A stretch of 64,000 nucleotides of DNA from Tubulanus polymorphus. Its lineage: Eukaryota; Animalia; Nemertea. The notes beneath the pieces are model-generated. The model saw nothing but the letters and a program-made list of their open reading frames with translations, did not search any database and was not told where the DNA came from. The DNA lies in the NCBI RefSeq assembly GCF_964204645.1, contig NC_134027.1:4558485-4622484 (forward strand), read 5' to 3'. The translations under genes and the position numbers were made by a program. Below, one piece after another: positions 1 to 22,109 of this stretch (positions are counted from its first letter, which is position 1; every line of letters starts with the position of its first letter).

Positions 1-572
1 CCAAGATGAGAATCCAACTTCGTTATTGCTGAGCAAAACATTACTCACATGATGATTCATTGCCGTATAAACAACGCTCTATTTCAACTAATTGCGTTAA
101 TCCATTTAGTAACTAAATCAAAATCAAATCTTATATCCATTTTAATCCTTTCTCCAATAGATTTGCGAGAAAAAATCGTTTAATATACGACTAGAGCAAG
201 GTAACGCTACGAGCCCTTTGTTCGACGCGCACAACGCTTAGATTCCAGGTCAAAGGTTAAAACGGGGTCGGGTAGGAAATCCCGTGGTCACATGACTTCA
301 AGCGTGCCATCAATCGCTCACATTTGAATCAACAAGCTACTAACACAAACTCTAACCACGAATAACACTAATACTAAACATTTTAGAACCTCACATAGCA
401 CCGGAATATCATTATACAGTCATAATTAACGCAAAAACAACACCGCACCAGAGCGACAAAGGCTCTGACGACATCAGAAATTCGAAGTTGGTGCTCGTAA
501 GAAAATTTGTGGGGTCACACCGAGAATAACCGCGATAAAAAGCCATTTTCACGACGAAATAACCTTACTTAC

Positions 573-710
573 CGTCATCTTGATTTTCTCCGGAGTCATT
601 TGGATAAAAGTCGATATCTAAAATGTCACAACGATTAATCGATTAGCGCGAATAGAGTGAAAAAAATAGGACAAAATTATGCGAAGAAATTAACTATGCT
701 TACCCGCCAT
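573..710 (-). CDS. First two coding exons of a gene running off the left end of the window (MADIDFYPNDSGENQDD...), product unidentified
   Basis: ATGGCGG|gtaagc (exon 704-710), tttag|45-nt exon 573-617|gtaagt, in frame; CCAAT boxes and CGGAA motifs at ~710-830. Too short to name. Confidence 0.6.
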
Positions 711-2578
711 ATTGGAAAACCTCGTGTGCTGAAAGGAAGACGGTGATTGGTCGGTTAACTGAGGAAGGTCTTCGCTTATTGGCTAGCGTTTTAAAATTAT
801 CCGGACAATGTCGGAGTTACACGGAAATGGCCGAAACAAAAGCAAAACAACAACAAAGGGCACGTGCTACACATTTTACTATAAATCTTCATTCATAAAT
901 ACCAAATGCGTAAAACTGAGTGATAATGTAGTCGATATAATCAACGTAACATAGTTTCTTTAAATTTGCAGTATTACTTAATCCGATTGTTTGTTGCAGT
1001 ATTGTCTACTGTGTTGATGTTGAAGAAAACTTGTAACTTTTCGACAACAATTTACCAGTTCAGGTCCAGACAGTTCGAAGAAAATGACAGATTTTAAGGT
1101 ACCCTGGTCGATTTAATGTTTCAATTAATCTGTTCTGCCTAGATGAGGTTTGGTCTCTAGCAAGGTTCGGACAGTCGTAGCAAATGAGGATTTTCTCAGA
1201 GATTTGAAAACCATTGCCTGGTATATATCTTCGACTTCAGAAAATGGGCCTTGCCTCCAATTTGACCTCTTTAATTAGTGATCATCCAAGTCCTTTGACT
1301 GCTTGTTAGTTTTCAGTAGACTTCTTGAAAATCGATGGAATTTTCTCATTCAGATTAGAGGCCAGATTTCAGTAGAGGGATGCATCATCTCAAATGAGAA
1401 AGGAACACTTAACTAAATTGATAAGCTCATTGTTTTATTTCAATATCACTTTATTTCAGATCTCATATGATTCAATCAAACAGAAAATTAATATCCTTTA
1501 ATGAAAAAAAAAGCTTACTCAGACAGATAAAATGCATACATAGTGTAATATGTTAAACATAAAATAGAAAATCATAACATATTGCAGGAACCTGTTCCAC
1601 ATAGTGATCGAGCCTTATTTGACTATTTGGTATTTTCAGTTATCCAGTGCCAAGCAGTTCACCAAACACATTTTTGAAGCTGAGGATTTATGATGGATTC
1701 TAGAAATTCAGTAATGACTCAATAAAAACTACCAGTATACCCGCCCTATAAATAACAGCCAAAAACCTAATCTAAATACAAAAATAAAAGTTTAGCACCA
1801 TGAAAATAACATTATCAACGTCAACAAATCTGCAAAGGCTCAACTAAGCTCATCTTTTGCAAAAGGACCTCGAATAATCAAGAGCAGTAAATGTTTCCTG
1901 ATTCAAAACACACAAACAGAACAATTACCACTGGCAAAGGGCGAAAAATACAGTATTTGAACAGAGACAAACAGAACTGTTTTTCAAAATAGACCACTTA
2001 AAATTTATACAGGAATACATTTGATATCTGATAAACAAGAAATTCTAGTACGTATCAGAAGCCATTATACATTATCATCATAACTCCATATTCATATTAT
2101 GTGAAATTACCAATTCATCATTCTAAACAAAAAATTTGTGGTATTTATTACATAAGTAACTGCAAGTTAACGATGAGGTAATATCTGATGTATTTAGAGC
2201 CGATTGTCTTTGTCTTGAAGTAATTATAACTGGAAAATTTAAATGGAGGGGAACTCAGAAATACTATGCACAAGAAATTGCAAAGTAATGCAGTAAACAA
2301 CAAAGATGTGCTGCCATCTTGTGTCATTTTCTTCACACTAAAAGCTGTTGACAGTTTGGCGCTGCTTTGGATATGATCGCTATATTTTTGAGTATTTCGT
2401 TAATCTTATACTTGACTGATCCTCTTACATAGAATTTCACTGTCACAAACTAGAAGAGCAGCATATCATCTTATCGAAAAATAATCAAAACCATCCAATC
2501 CTCCTTCAATAATCAATCTTAAATGTTCTTGTTGCACAAATTACAGTAGAAAAGTTTTGAACACATATAAATCTGATG

Positions 2579-13783
<11,205 letters not shown>

Positions 13784-14599
13784 GTTGATGCGCCGATGAT
13801 GACGAGTATGTTTTAAGAAATAGAACAATAAACGGAACGACAATCTCGATGAAAAGATCGCAACAATCCAAAATGTTAAAATCATAACATATCCATTAGG
13901 CTATCAGTTTCGTTTTTATACAGCGTCAGTGATGTGCCAAACAAATGTCATATCTTATTATAATCCTTAAATGAGTAATTCAATGACATATTCGGTGAAG
14001 ATAAAGAATCCATATCTAATATCAGTCAATGGGCCATCTAGAAAATTGAAATGATATCATGATTTTACTATAGGCTAGACCAGAATGAATCAGGCTGACA
14101 CATACCAGCATATATATACTATAGCTATCAACAGAAATGGTGGTATATAGGCCTATACTGTATGATTTGGCTGATAATAAAGTGAAAGCCTAAAAATTCA
14201 ACGTATAGAATATTAGTTAAATTTTCATGCTCAATCCGGTACCCGCTCGATCTGATAATCTATCAATCATTCCACTTTGTTTCTCGCTCCTTCTCCTCTC
14301 ACACTCTCATTAAAACAACTTGCCAGTTTCCACGAGAAAAGCAAAATAAACATCGAAATACTTCTTTTATAAACGGACTGGGTTATCAAGTTCGCGATGC
14401 GGAATTCTGAGATTCTTGATTATTGGGAATAAAGTTAGCAAAGGTCTAGTATTTTACGCATACATTTACGCATTTACGTCCAATATTATAGGCCTATTTA
14501 TTTCCGGGTTGAAGTCTAAAACACGGATTGGGATGTTAGTGGTCTAGCTAGTTCAATGATTAGCAGGCTACTTTTATGTAAATTCGTTCTATTGTTATC

Positions 14600-14821
14600 T
14601 TGTTACCTTACCTTGATTTTATCAGCAGTCACCTTTTCTTCAAAAATGAATTTAGATAACGTTAATTTCTTTAGTATCAATATATTTAAATTTTCATTGG
14701 CCTGGCCATCTAGCGGTAGTTGCCAGCACTAACCCGGAAATATCATATTTACTTCCTGGTAACTGTCAAACAAGTGCTCGTTAAAGTAAATAAACCTAGG
14801 CATATAACAACGCGTAGAACA
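14600..14821. promoter_or_regulatory. Bidirectional promoter region RSPRY1 / CFAP90
   Basis: Minus-strand donor of a probable non-coding RSPRY1 first exon at ~14610; CCGGAAA ETS-like site; CTCF-like GCCATCTAGCGG (14705-14716); X-box-like CTTCCTGGTAAC (14752-14763). Confidence 0.5.
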
Positions 14822-15413
14822 ATGTCGAAGTTTTTAGAAGTCGAAACTGAGACAGATACTTTCGTCTTGAAAGGTAGATCCTGCGAATTGTCAGCATTTT
14901 CCTTTGTACCAGCCGATAGAAATGATCCAAAAGAAAGAACTGTTTTCAACACCGACAAAAAGGTACGTGTCATATTCTGTATGAGAACCCTAGTGTAGTG
15001 TAAGTAAAGGGTAGGCCCAAGTTAACTTTACTCCTTTTGAGAAGTTTTTAATCTTATATTCTCAATCTTAGGGAAGGTACAATAGGTCAACATATGATCG
15101 ACTCTTCACGCCAAACGAGGGTTACAACAATAAACTCCATAGAGATGACAGAGAACATGCTAAATCTAAGGGATTATTAGTGAATGACGAGGTAACAATT
15201 GCCGTTTGCACCAAACTTGAATTTACCTGAAGGTAAACTAATTGTACAACTGTATTTTCTCCTTAGGAAAAAGTGAAAACCGTTCCGACGCTATCCTCCT
15301 CCGAATACGGTCATCGTTTAGAAGATAAACTCGACCCACCAGACAGAAAACATGTTAGAATAGCACACGTACGAGCAGAATTCTATCGTCGTAACGGAAT
15401 ACCTGCATCTTAG
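14822..15413 (+). CDS. CFAP90: Cilia- and flagella-associated protein 90 (C5orf49 homolog), 3 exons
   Basis: Exons 14822-14962, 15072-15191, 15267-15413, all phase 0; [29 protein letters not shown]...LSSSEYGHR...AEFYRRNGI matches the C5orf49 family. Confidence 0.9.
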
Positions 15414-16391
15414 ACACTGAAATTACTGGTCATTATTGTATTCACTGAATCCATCCAGTGTGGAATTCAAACCACATACCGTAACAGAAACATGTGCAAA
15501 ATTCTGATGCTCTAGTCCTAGAGACTTGGCAAAACTGATAATCCTGAACAAATTCCAATTCATTTGTTTCAGTCAAACCCGCGTAATAATTCAGATGAGT
15601 ATTTTCAGTATAGATTCTGATACTTGTATTTACTCCACCAATACATAGTTGTGAATAAAATATCAAATCCAGATTTCTTCTGAGTGGATTTCCTCAGTCC
15701 CACACAATCTGAGTGAAGCGGATTCCACTGTATTAGGTCTGCAGTCTGTTGCTGTTATTGTATTTATGTAGTTTTCAATTTTGTCCAAACGTCTGGATTA
15801 TTTTTTAATAAAAGTTATCGAGTTGTTCATCTTAAAATATATTCAAAAGCATTATTTTTCTATTCAAGGAAGTCTCAATCCTTAGATGATACCATTGTAG
15901 GAATTTTGTATTGATAAGTGGCTGATAAGGAACATATTTCTGATATTGATTCAAGGTAACCAGTCTTGGACGGCATCCAGAGGGGAAACAATTGCAAAAT
16001 CTAAAACCATTACTATAGATTTTATTTTAACTGTACAATAGAAATATTTATTTTTGTGATCCATAGTGCTGTCAAAACACTAAATCATTTATACACTAAC
16101 AAGGCAATAAATTGCCCAATCTCAATCACACCAGACTCAATTTAATACAATCAATACTCAAAACTAGTGTTCTATAAAACCCGATGATACATATTAGATG
16201 AAGTTTATAGCAGGTGAATTGATATTTTCGAAACACGCTCCAAAGAATTTCAATATCTAATTACACAGAGATACTGATTACTATATACAACTATACAAAG
16301 CACATGGGACAGATCCATGATATCAGACAGAGGACTCACACCTTAATTCACACTAGATTTATGGAGTATTTTATGAATTTATTGAGTGTAT

Positions 16392-19300
16392 TTACGACAA
16401 GGCAACTACGGAGTTCGTACTTCGATCGAGTATTTTAACATCATCGTCGTCATCATCGGTAGTAAGTTTCGGCCTCCTCGCCGCCGCGGCGCGTTGTCGG
16501 ATTATGCGCTTCATTTTCGACACGTTACAACGCGTAAGCTTCACGACACATTTTCGTATGTGCATCTGGCAGACGTGGTTTATAAATGGTTTACCTCGCA
16601 TTATTGTTTTTTTACAGATCAAGCAATATTGACTATCGACGCCGTGAAAACCGGTTAAATGCTTTTGAAGTTCACCCTGCCATTTACAAACGAACGGACA
16701 CCTCGGACAGCGAATACCGTGCTTCTCGAGAACGTGCTTATCGAACATCTTTTGATTTGCGAAATTTAAGCCACAAACTTTGCATTTTTTCAGCTTTCCA
16801 TTCGGAAGCACGATCGAATGTGAAACCTGTAGATGATAAACCATATCTTTGATACCTTCAGGTGTAATCGAAGCTCCGCATATCGGACATATTTTCAGAA
16901 CTCGAGCAGTCACGGTATCAAGGTTATGGTATAGCGTTAAATGCGTGTGCATTTTGGTAGCGGGTTGACTGCATAGATGACAAACACCGCCCTCTGGTAC
17001 GCGATGTTTCTTCACGACGCGATGATGAGTCAAACCCTGGAATGTCCAGAAACGTTCTTGGCATACATCACATGATAATGGCGGTGAAGCTCGACGCATG
17101 AACATTTCGCTGCTTATTTCTATTTTATGCGCCATCATGAAGTGAATGCGTAAACTTTCTTTGTCTTTAATAAAACCACTGCATATTTCACAGATCTCGT
17201 ATGAATAGTTAGGAGCTTTCGTATTTCTAGTGGTTTCCGGCGCATTAGACGTCGTCAAAATAGCTGGCCGTTTTTTGCCGACTTTACCCGCTGAAACATT
17301 ACTTAAGCGAGGCATAGATGAATTCGAGGATACATTAGGTACCAAACTTGAAGTAATCATTTTTGGTGGAACGGAATTGACAGTAGTACCCGACTGTACT
17401 GTTATCGGGACTGGACCATTCGGAGTCATGTAATAGTAAACCTGTGGTTTTGTTTGTACAACTTGACGAGATGGCTTGATGATTGGTTGAACAACTGCAA
17501 CATTGGGAACAACTGAATTAGTAGATATCTTATTCGCAGATGGTACTGGCACGGGATTAGATGGTATCACAGATCGCTGCGGTCTCGTTACTGCAGCCTT
17601 CGGCACATCTCTCATGATGAGTTCTCCGGGTAACGATCTGAACAGGAAGTTTATGTCGTCGTAATTCGGGAATAAATGCTTCTTCATATCAAATTTTTCT
17701 TCGCATTTAAATCGATGCCGGGTTACTCTGTTTTTAGCACTGTTCTCGAAAGAACAAATGTTACACTCCCAAAATGCTGGGGGCGCTTGCAGTTTTCCTT
17801 CCATGTTATGATCGGATTCCATGTGGAAGGTAAATTCTCGACACATTCGAGATTCATAATCGCACATAGCACAGCTATATTTGCCAGTTTTATCAACATG
17901 ACCTTGCTGACGATGGTAGTACAAAACATTTGACGATTCTGTTGCGAAACCACAAGAACAATATTCAAATTCTTTGTAATGGAATGGACGAGTTTTCTTG
18001 GCCAATTTCATGCTACCGTATTTCACTATTTTCAACTGTTTTTCTTCGGCCTCATTCAATTTCCGTCTCTTCGCCGCGTTTGTCTTACTTATAATTACGT
18101 CTTTATAAATCTTTTCTTTCGTAAAGTCCAAACCCATGAAATATAGATAACGCGCAACGGGCCGAAGTTTCCGAGCAACAGACTCGTGTTCTGTATCGAC
18201 ATCATCGGTAAAACATTCTATTTTTGGTAGAATTTCTTTTCCTCCAGTCTCATCTTTGATTACTTTTATTTCAGAATCACTTTCATCACCAGCTTTTTCA
18301 TCTTTCTTTTCCTTTGTATCAGTCGAATCAGCATTTTCATTCTTAGTGGTTGAATCAACATTATCCTCCATCTTGTCCAGTTCATCATCTTTTCCCTTTA
18401 AACTAGGCTTCTCTTTATGATCTCCATCATGTGTATCAATAGCTGATTCAACATCCTTGGAAACGGTTTCTTCATCTTTTTCCTTTTTGCTCGACTTTTC
18501 ATCATTATCAGGGTTATGAACATCTGATGAAGATTCCACATCCATAAGAACAGTTTCATCTTTTTTCTTTGGTTCAACATCATCTACTTCTTTTTCGCTC
18601 GATTCTTTATCTGTTATTAGTTCATTACCTTTGTTGATAATATTTTCACCATTATCAGAAGTTTCTGTTTCAGTTGTGGTCACATATTTGTCTGTTGTAG
18701 GTTTATCACCGGTTAATTCTTCTTTAGAGCTTTCATCCGATGGATCAGTTTCATTAGTTGGAATTTTTTGTTCCGAAGCTGAATTCTTTTTCTCACAAGT
18801 TTCAGTTACAGCTGGAACATTTTCAGATTTTTCAGCAGCATTTTTTTCATCGCCTGTTTCATTAGGAATTTCACAGTCTTTAATTGAGACATCTGTCTTC
18901 TCACTAATTTTTACAGAATCTGAACTATCATTTTCGATAGCACCGCATTTTTTGTCATTTTCTTTCGTAGAAGTATTTAGAGCGGCCTTTTTGTTATCGC
19001 TACAGCTTTTCTTCTCATCTTGGTCATCATCAATTATGACAATTTCTTCAATCTTCCTCTTCTTTTTCATACGCAGCGCTTTTTTTCTCTCATCATCTTC
19101 CGATTGTTGCTTCAACAACTCATCAAAATCTACGGTCAAAGGATCACGATGTAGATCATGGTATTTTATATACTCCCTTACCGCGTAACACAAGTTAACC
19201 ATATTCAACGGCACTCTCATCTTAGATATATACGATATAGTCCGTTCTTCAATCGATGGACCCCTTTTAGGGGGTATAATAGATACAGGTTTTCCATCAC

Positions 19301-20201
19301 GACCTATAATATTTTGAGTCTTTACCTTCTGATGAGTTGATAAAATGTTACTATTAGACGAGACTCGCGTTACAGGAACATTTCCGACAATGTTCATGTT
19401 AGCTGATTTACCAGCTCTCGACTTATTCCAATTTGCTATTTTCTGTCCGGACAGACTCATAGACGTGATCGGAAAATTCCCTCTAATATTATTAGTAGGT
19501 ATTAGTAACTGTCCATTACTGCCTACCAATCCATATTGTACTGGCATCATTACATTTTTACCCAACGATTGCTGAGGAATTGGAGCTAACTTCGGTAGAT
19601 TGACATTTTTATTGACTAACTGTTGCACTAACACAGTCTGATTTGCGTTCGCTCTGCTCGATTTTTTCGCAGGATCTTTCGTAATAACTTTCGGCGTCGA
19701 CCGCTCTTCGATAATTGTAATTCCCTCGTCGCTATTATTCTCTGTAGATTTGTTAATATCTATTTCAGCTTGATTACTCGCGTCGGATTTACTGAGATCA
19801 GTTTTCGGCGATGATTCTCCACTTTTCACGTCGCGCTCTACATCTTTGGAACTGGTATCCGACGAACTTTCAATCGATGCATCGTTATCTTTAACAGCTT
19901 TATCAGCATCTAATTTTTCGGCGTCATTCTTTGACTCGCCATTCATACAAATCCCGCTACTATTTACCGAAGCATGTTTTACGATGCACTCGTCAGTAGG
20001 GTTATCTGTATCTAATATATTCGAATCGCTCGTCTTTAAATCAACATTTTCCTTTTCCTTCGTCACCGCTCCCGTTTCAGTCACCTGATTCGTTGTTTCA
20101 GATGTGTTCACATTTTCTTTCAATACAGCGACTTCGTTTGTTCCACTTTTATCAGCCATAGCTTGACCGATTGGATCACATTTCATTTTATACACTTTCA
20201 T
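16392..20201 (-). CDS. MEP-1: MEP-1-like (MOG-interacting and ectopic P-granules 1) multi-C2H2 zinc-finger protein, 1269 aa, single coding exon
   Basis: Acidic low-complexity N-half; YLYFMGLDFTKEKIYKDVI helix preceding fingers (CSCGF..H, CAMCDY..H, CNICSFE), YEICEICSGFIKDKESLRIHF and further C-terminal C2H2 fingers, an arrangement typical of MEP-1 proteins; acceptor ttctag at ~20206. Confidence 0.75.
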   Translation of the reverse strand: MKVYKMKCDPIGQAMADKSGTNEVAVLKENVNTSETTNQVTETGAVTKEKENVDLKTSDSNILDTDNPTDECIVKHASVNSSGICMNGESKNDAEKLDADKAVKDNDASIESSSDTSSKDVERDVKSGESSPKTDLSKSDASNQAEIDINKSTENNSDEGITIIEERSTPKVITKDPAKKSSRANANQTVLVQQLVNKNVNLPKLAPIPQQSLGKNVMMPVQYGLVGSNGQLLIPTNNIRGNFPITSMSLSGQKIANWNKSRAGKSANMNIVGNVPVTRVSSNSNILSTHQKVKTQNIIGRDGKPVSIIPPKRGPSIEERTISYISKMRVPLNMVNLCYAVREYIKYHDLHRDPLTVDFDELLKQQSEDDERKKALRMKKKRKIEEIVIIDDDQDEKKSCSDNKKAALNTSTKENDKKCGAIENDSSDSVKISEKTDVSIKDCEIPNETGDEKNAAEKSENVPAVTETCEKKNSASEQKIPTNETDPSDESSKEELTGDKPTTDKYVTTTETETSDNGENIINKGNELITDKESSEKEVDDVEPKKKDETVLMDVESSSDVHNPDNDEKSSKKEKDEETVSKDVESAIDTHDGDHKEKPSLKGKDDELDKMEDNVDSTTKNENADSTDTKEKKDEKAGDESDSEIKVIKDETGGKEILPKIECFTDDVDTEHESVARKLRPVARYLYFMGLDFTKEKIYKDVIISKTNAAKRRKLNEAEEKQLKIVKYGSMKLAKKTRPFHYKEFEYCSCGFATESSNVLYYHRQQGHVDKTGKYSCAMCDYESRMCREFTFHMESDHNMEGKLQAPPAFWECNICSFENSAKNRVTRHRFKCEEKFDMKKHLFPNYDDINFLFRSLPGELIMRDVPKAAVTRPQRSVIPSNPVPVPSANKISTNSVVPNVAVVQPIIKPSRQVVQTKPQVYYYMTPNGPVPITVQSGTTVNSVPPKMITSSLVPNVSSNSSMPRLSNVSAGKVGKKRPAILTTSNAPETTRNTKAPNYSYEICEICSGFIKDKESLRIHFMMAHKIEISSEMFMRRASPPLSCDVCQERFWTFQGLTHHRVVKKHRVPEGGVCHLCSQPATKMHTHLTLYHNLDTVTARVLKICPICGASITPEGIKDMVYHLQVSHSIVLPNGKLKKCKVCGLNFANQKMFDKHVLEKHGIRCPRCPFVCKWQGELQKHLTGFHGVDSQYCLICKKTIMRGKPFINHVCQMHIRKCVVKLTRCNVSKMKRIIRQRAAAARRPKLTTDDDDDDVKILDRSTNSVVALS

Positions 20202-21044
20202 CTACCTAGAAATTAAAAATTCATGATATTTAAGCCCCAGCTATGTAAACATGTGCACTATGAAGACGTTTTTGGGAATGGCTAAGACTTTTTAGTGAAC
20301 TCTAGGCTGAGAGGAAAGGTTTCATAGATAATAACATGATTTCATGCATTTGAATATGTGGTTAAACTATCTTCACAATAATCCAAATTCCCTTCCAGCC
20401 CTGTTGGAATTAGGCCAACATATATCAGAAGTTTACCATGTCATAATTATTCCCTTCACTTGAAAAATGATGATCCGCTTGATAGAAAACTCACTAACAC
20501 CTACAAATAAATAAATAAATCTTTGTGTAAATGATTATGTATTTAGTTGTACGAACAACCGACAACAACATATCTTGGATTATATCATAACTTTACTGAT
20601 CGATTAACCATAATGATTATGTTGGTCTGACATAGATGGATTGGAGATGTATAAATACTTCATAACATTATGAACAGGTAAAATTTGTTAATTTATTATT
20701 CACAAAACGGGATATAGAACAGGTCTTGCAAAAAATAAATAGGCAACAGTAACACAAGAAAAGAAACGTGACATCTTCCACAGCTCTGATCCGACACCTA
20801 TCGCCGCCATAGTTCACTACATACAAACTGCGGCGGGGTTATTCATGTCGTAATTTAATCATTCACTCTAATATATTTACACAACAGAACATCTAATGTT
20901 AATCAGCTATCAATGAAACTAACCTGGTCTAGTTAACATCAGATGAGCTAAAAACTCGACCAGACACCGCGGATAACGCTCAGAATTAACAGTGAAACTA
21001 TCGACGACACACAGCACATTCACTCTGTGCAAAGTGCGCCTAAC

Positions 21045-21215
21045 AATAAACCAAGATGGCTGCCGCCAGTCACGTGATCCTCCCATTGATGACGTCACGG
21101 CCGAGCTAATTTAAATAAACCTCGCTTTCAGCAACCAATGAAAACGTGGTGGTTCAATGCCGGCTAACTGGGGCAACAATGCAAAATAACATAAAATGTT
21201 GTTGCCTAGCAACCG
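21045..21215. promoter_or_regulatory. Promoter upstream of the MEP-1-like gene
   Basis: YY1-like CAAGATGGC (21052-21060), E-box GTCACGTGA (21069-21077), CRE TGACGTCA (21090-21097), CCAAT, RFX X-box GTTGCCTAGCAAC (21201-21213). Confidence 0.6.
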
Positions 21216-22109
21216 TATTATCAAATTCCCAGGCTGGGTCCCCCAAAAAACTTTTTGAAAATGTGTTCTTTCACGTACTCCACGTTGGCCACGGAGAAGA
21301 GGGTAAACCAGTTTTGTTCCAGCGATAATTCCATTGTTGTACCAGCATGCTATGCATTCACCTTTCGACTTTCCAACTGTAACTTCCGTTTTGAATGCAA
21401 ACTTTTTGCCGGGTCGAAAGTTTCATTGCTGTATCTGTTGAAAGTTACATTCAAAGAAAGGCGGACACTAAGATTTTCAAGTTGATTGGATTCGCCGTCA
21501 CTGTTAATAGCCACGTGTTAAGCGGATAATTATTGCATTTTCTTTTAATTTGACACCTTGCAATGCAGGTTGCAGAGAGTTTGTCAATGATACCCAACGC
21601 GTGGTTACCATGAAGATATTGAGGACATTTCGTGGAAACTCAAGTCAAATCGCTGCATTTTGAAACTATTATACGTAGCCTTCAAGGATACGTGTAGAAA
21701 CTCAAGTTTAAAAGAAGTTTTTCACGAAAATATATAATGACGTATCATTTCGTTCCAGTGTCACGCGCATTTTGTGTGATGAAATAGTGAGTGACGGATC
21801 TAGACCCCGACGGGCACCCCTAAAAATTCTGGTTCCTTAAATTCAATCCCCAAAAATTCTGGTACTGTATATTTTCCGGACTGTATTATTTCTTACATTC
21901 TTTTATTCTAACATTCTTTTCTAGATTAACAATCGATGTATGTAAGCATGATGAATTTGCACGACAGCTTGAAAAAGGGCCCTCATTTCTAACACTTCCT
22001 TTTTGACCTCGGGATCCGCTCCAGTCTCGAGCTAGCTAATGAGGATTTGAGACTTCGACAGACCTAAGATTCACAAGATTTGTACAAGAAAAAAGCCTTT
22101 TCCACACTA

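Noticed and set aside
18631-19188. 185-aa + strand ORF (and other antisense ORFs within 16386-20088)
   Set aside because: Shadow of the low-complexity MEP-1-like coding strand; S/F-rich translation with no independent signals.
21056-21109. ATGGCTGCC as start of a + strand gene
   Set aside because: Frame closes after 17 codons with no donor; better explained as a YY1-like promoter motif.
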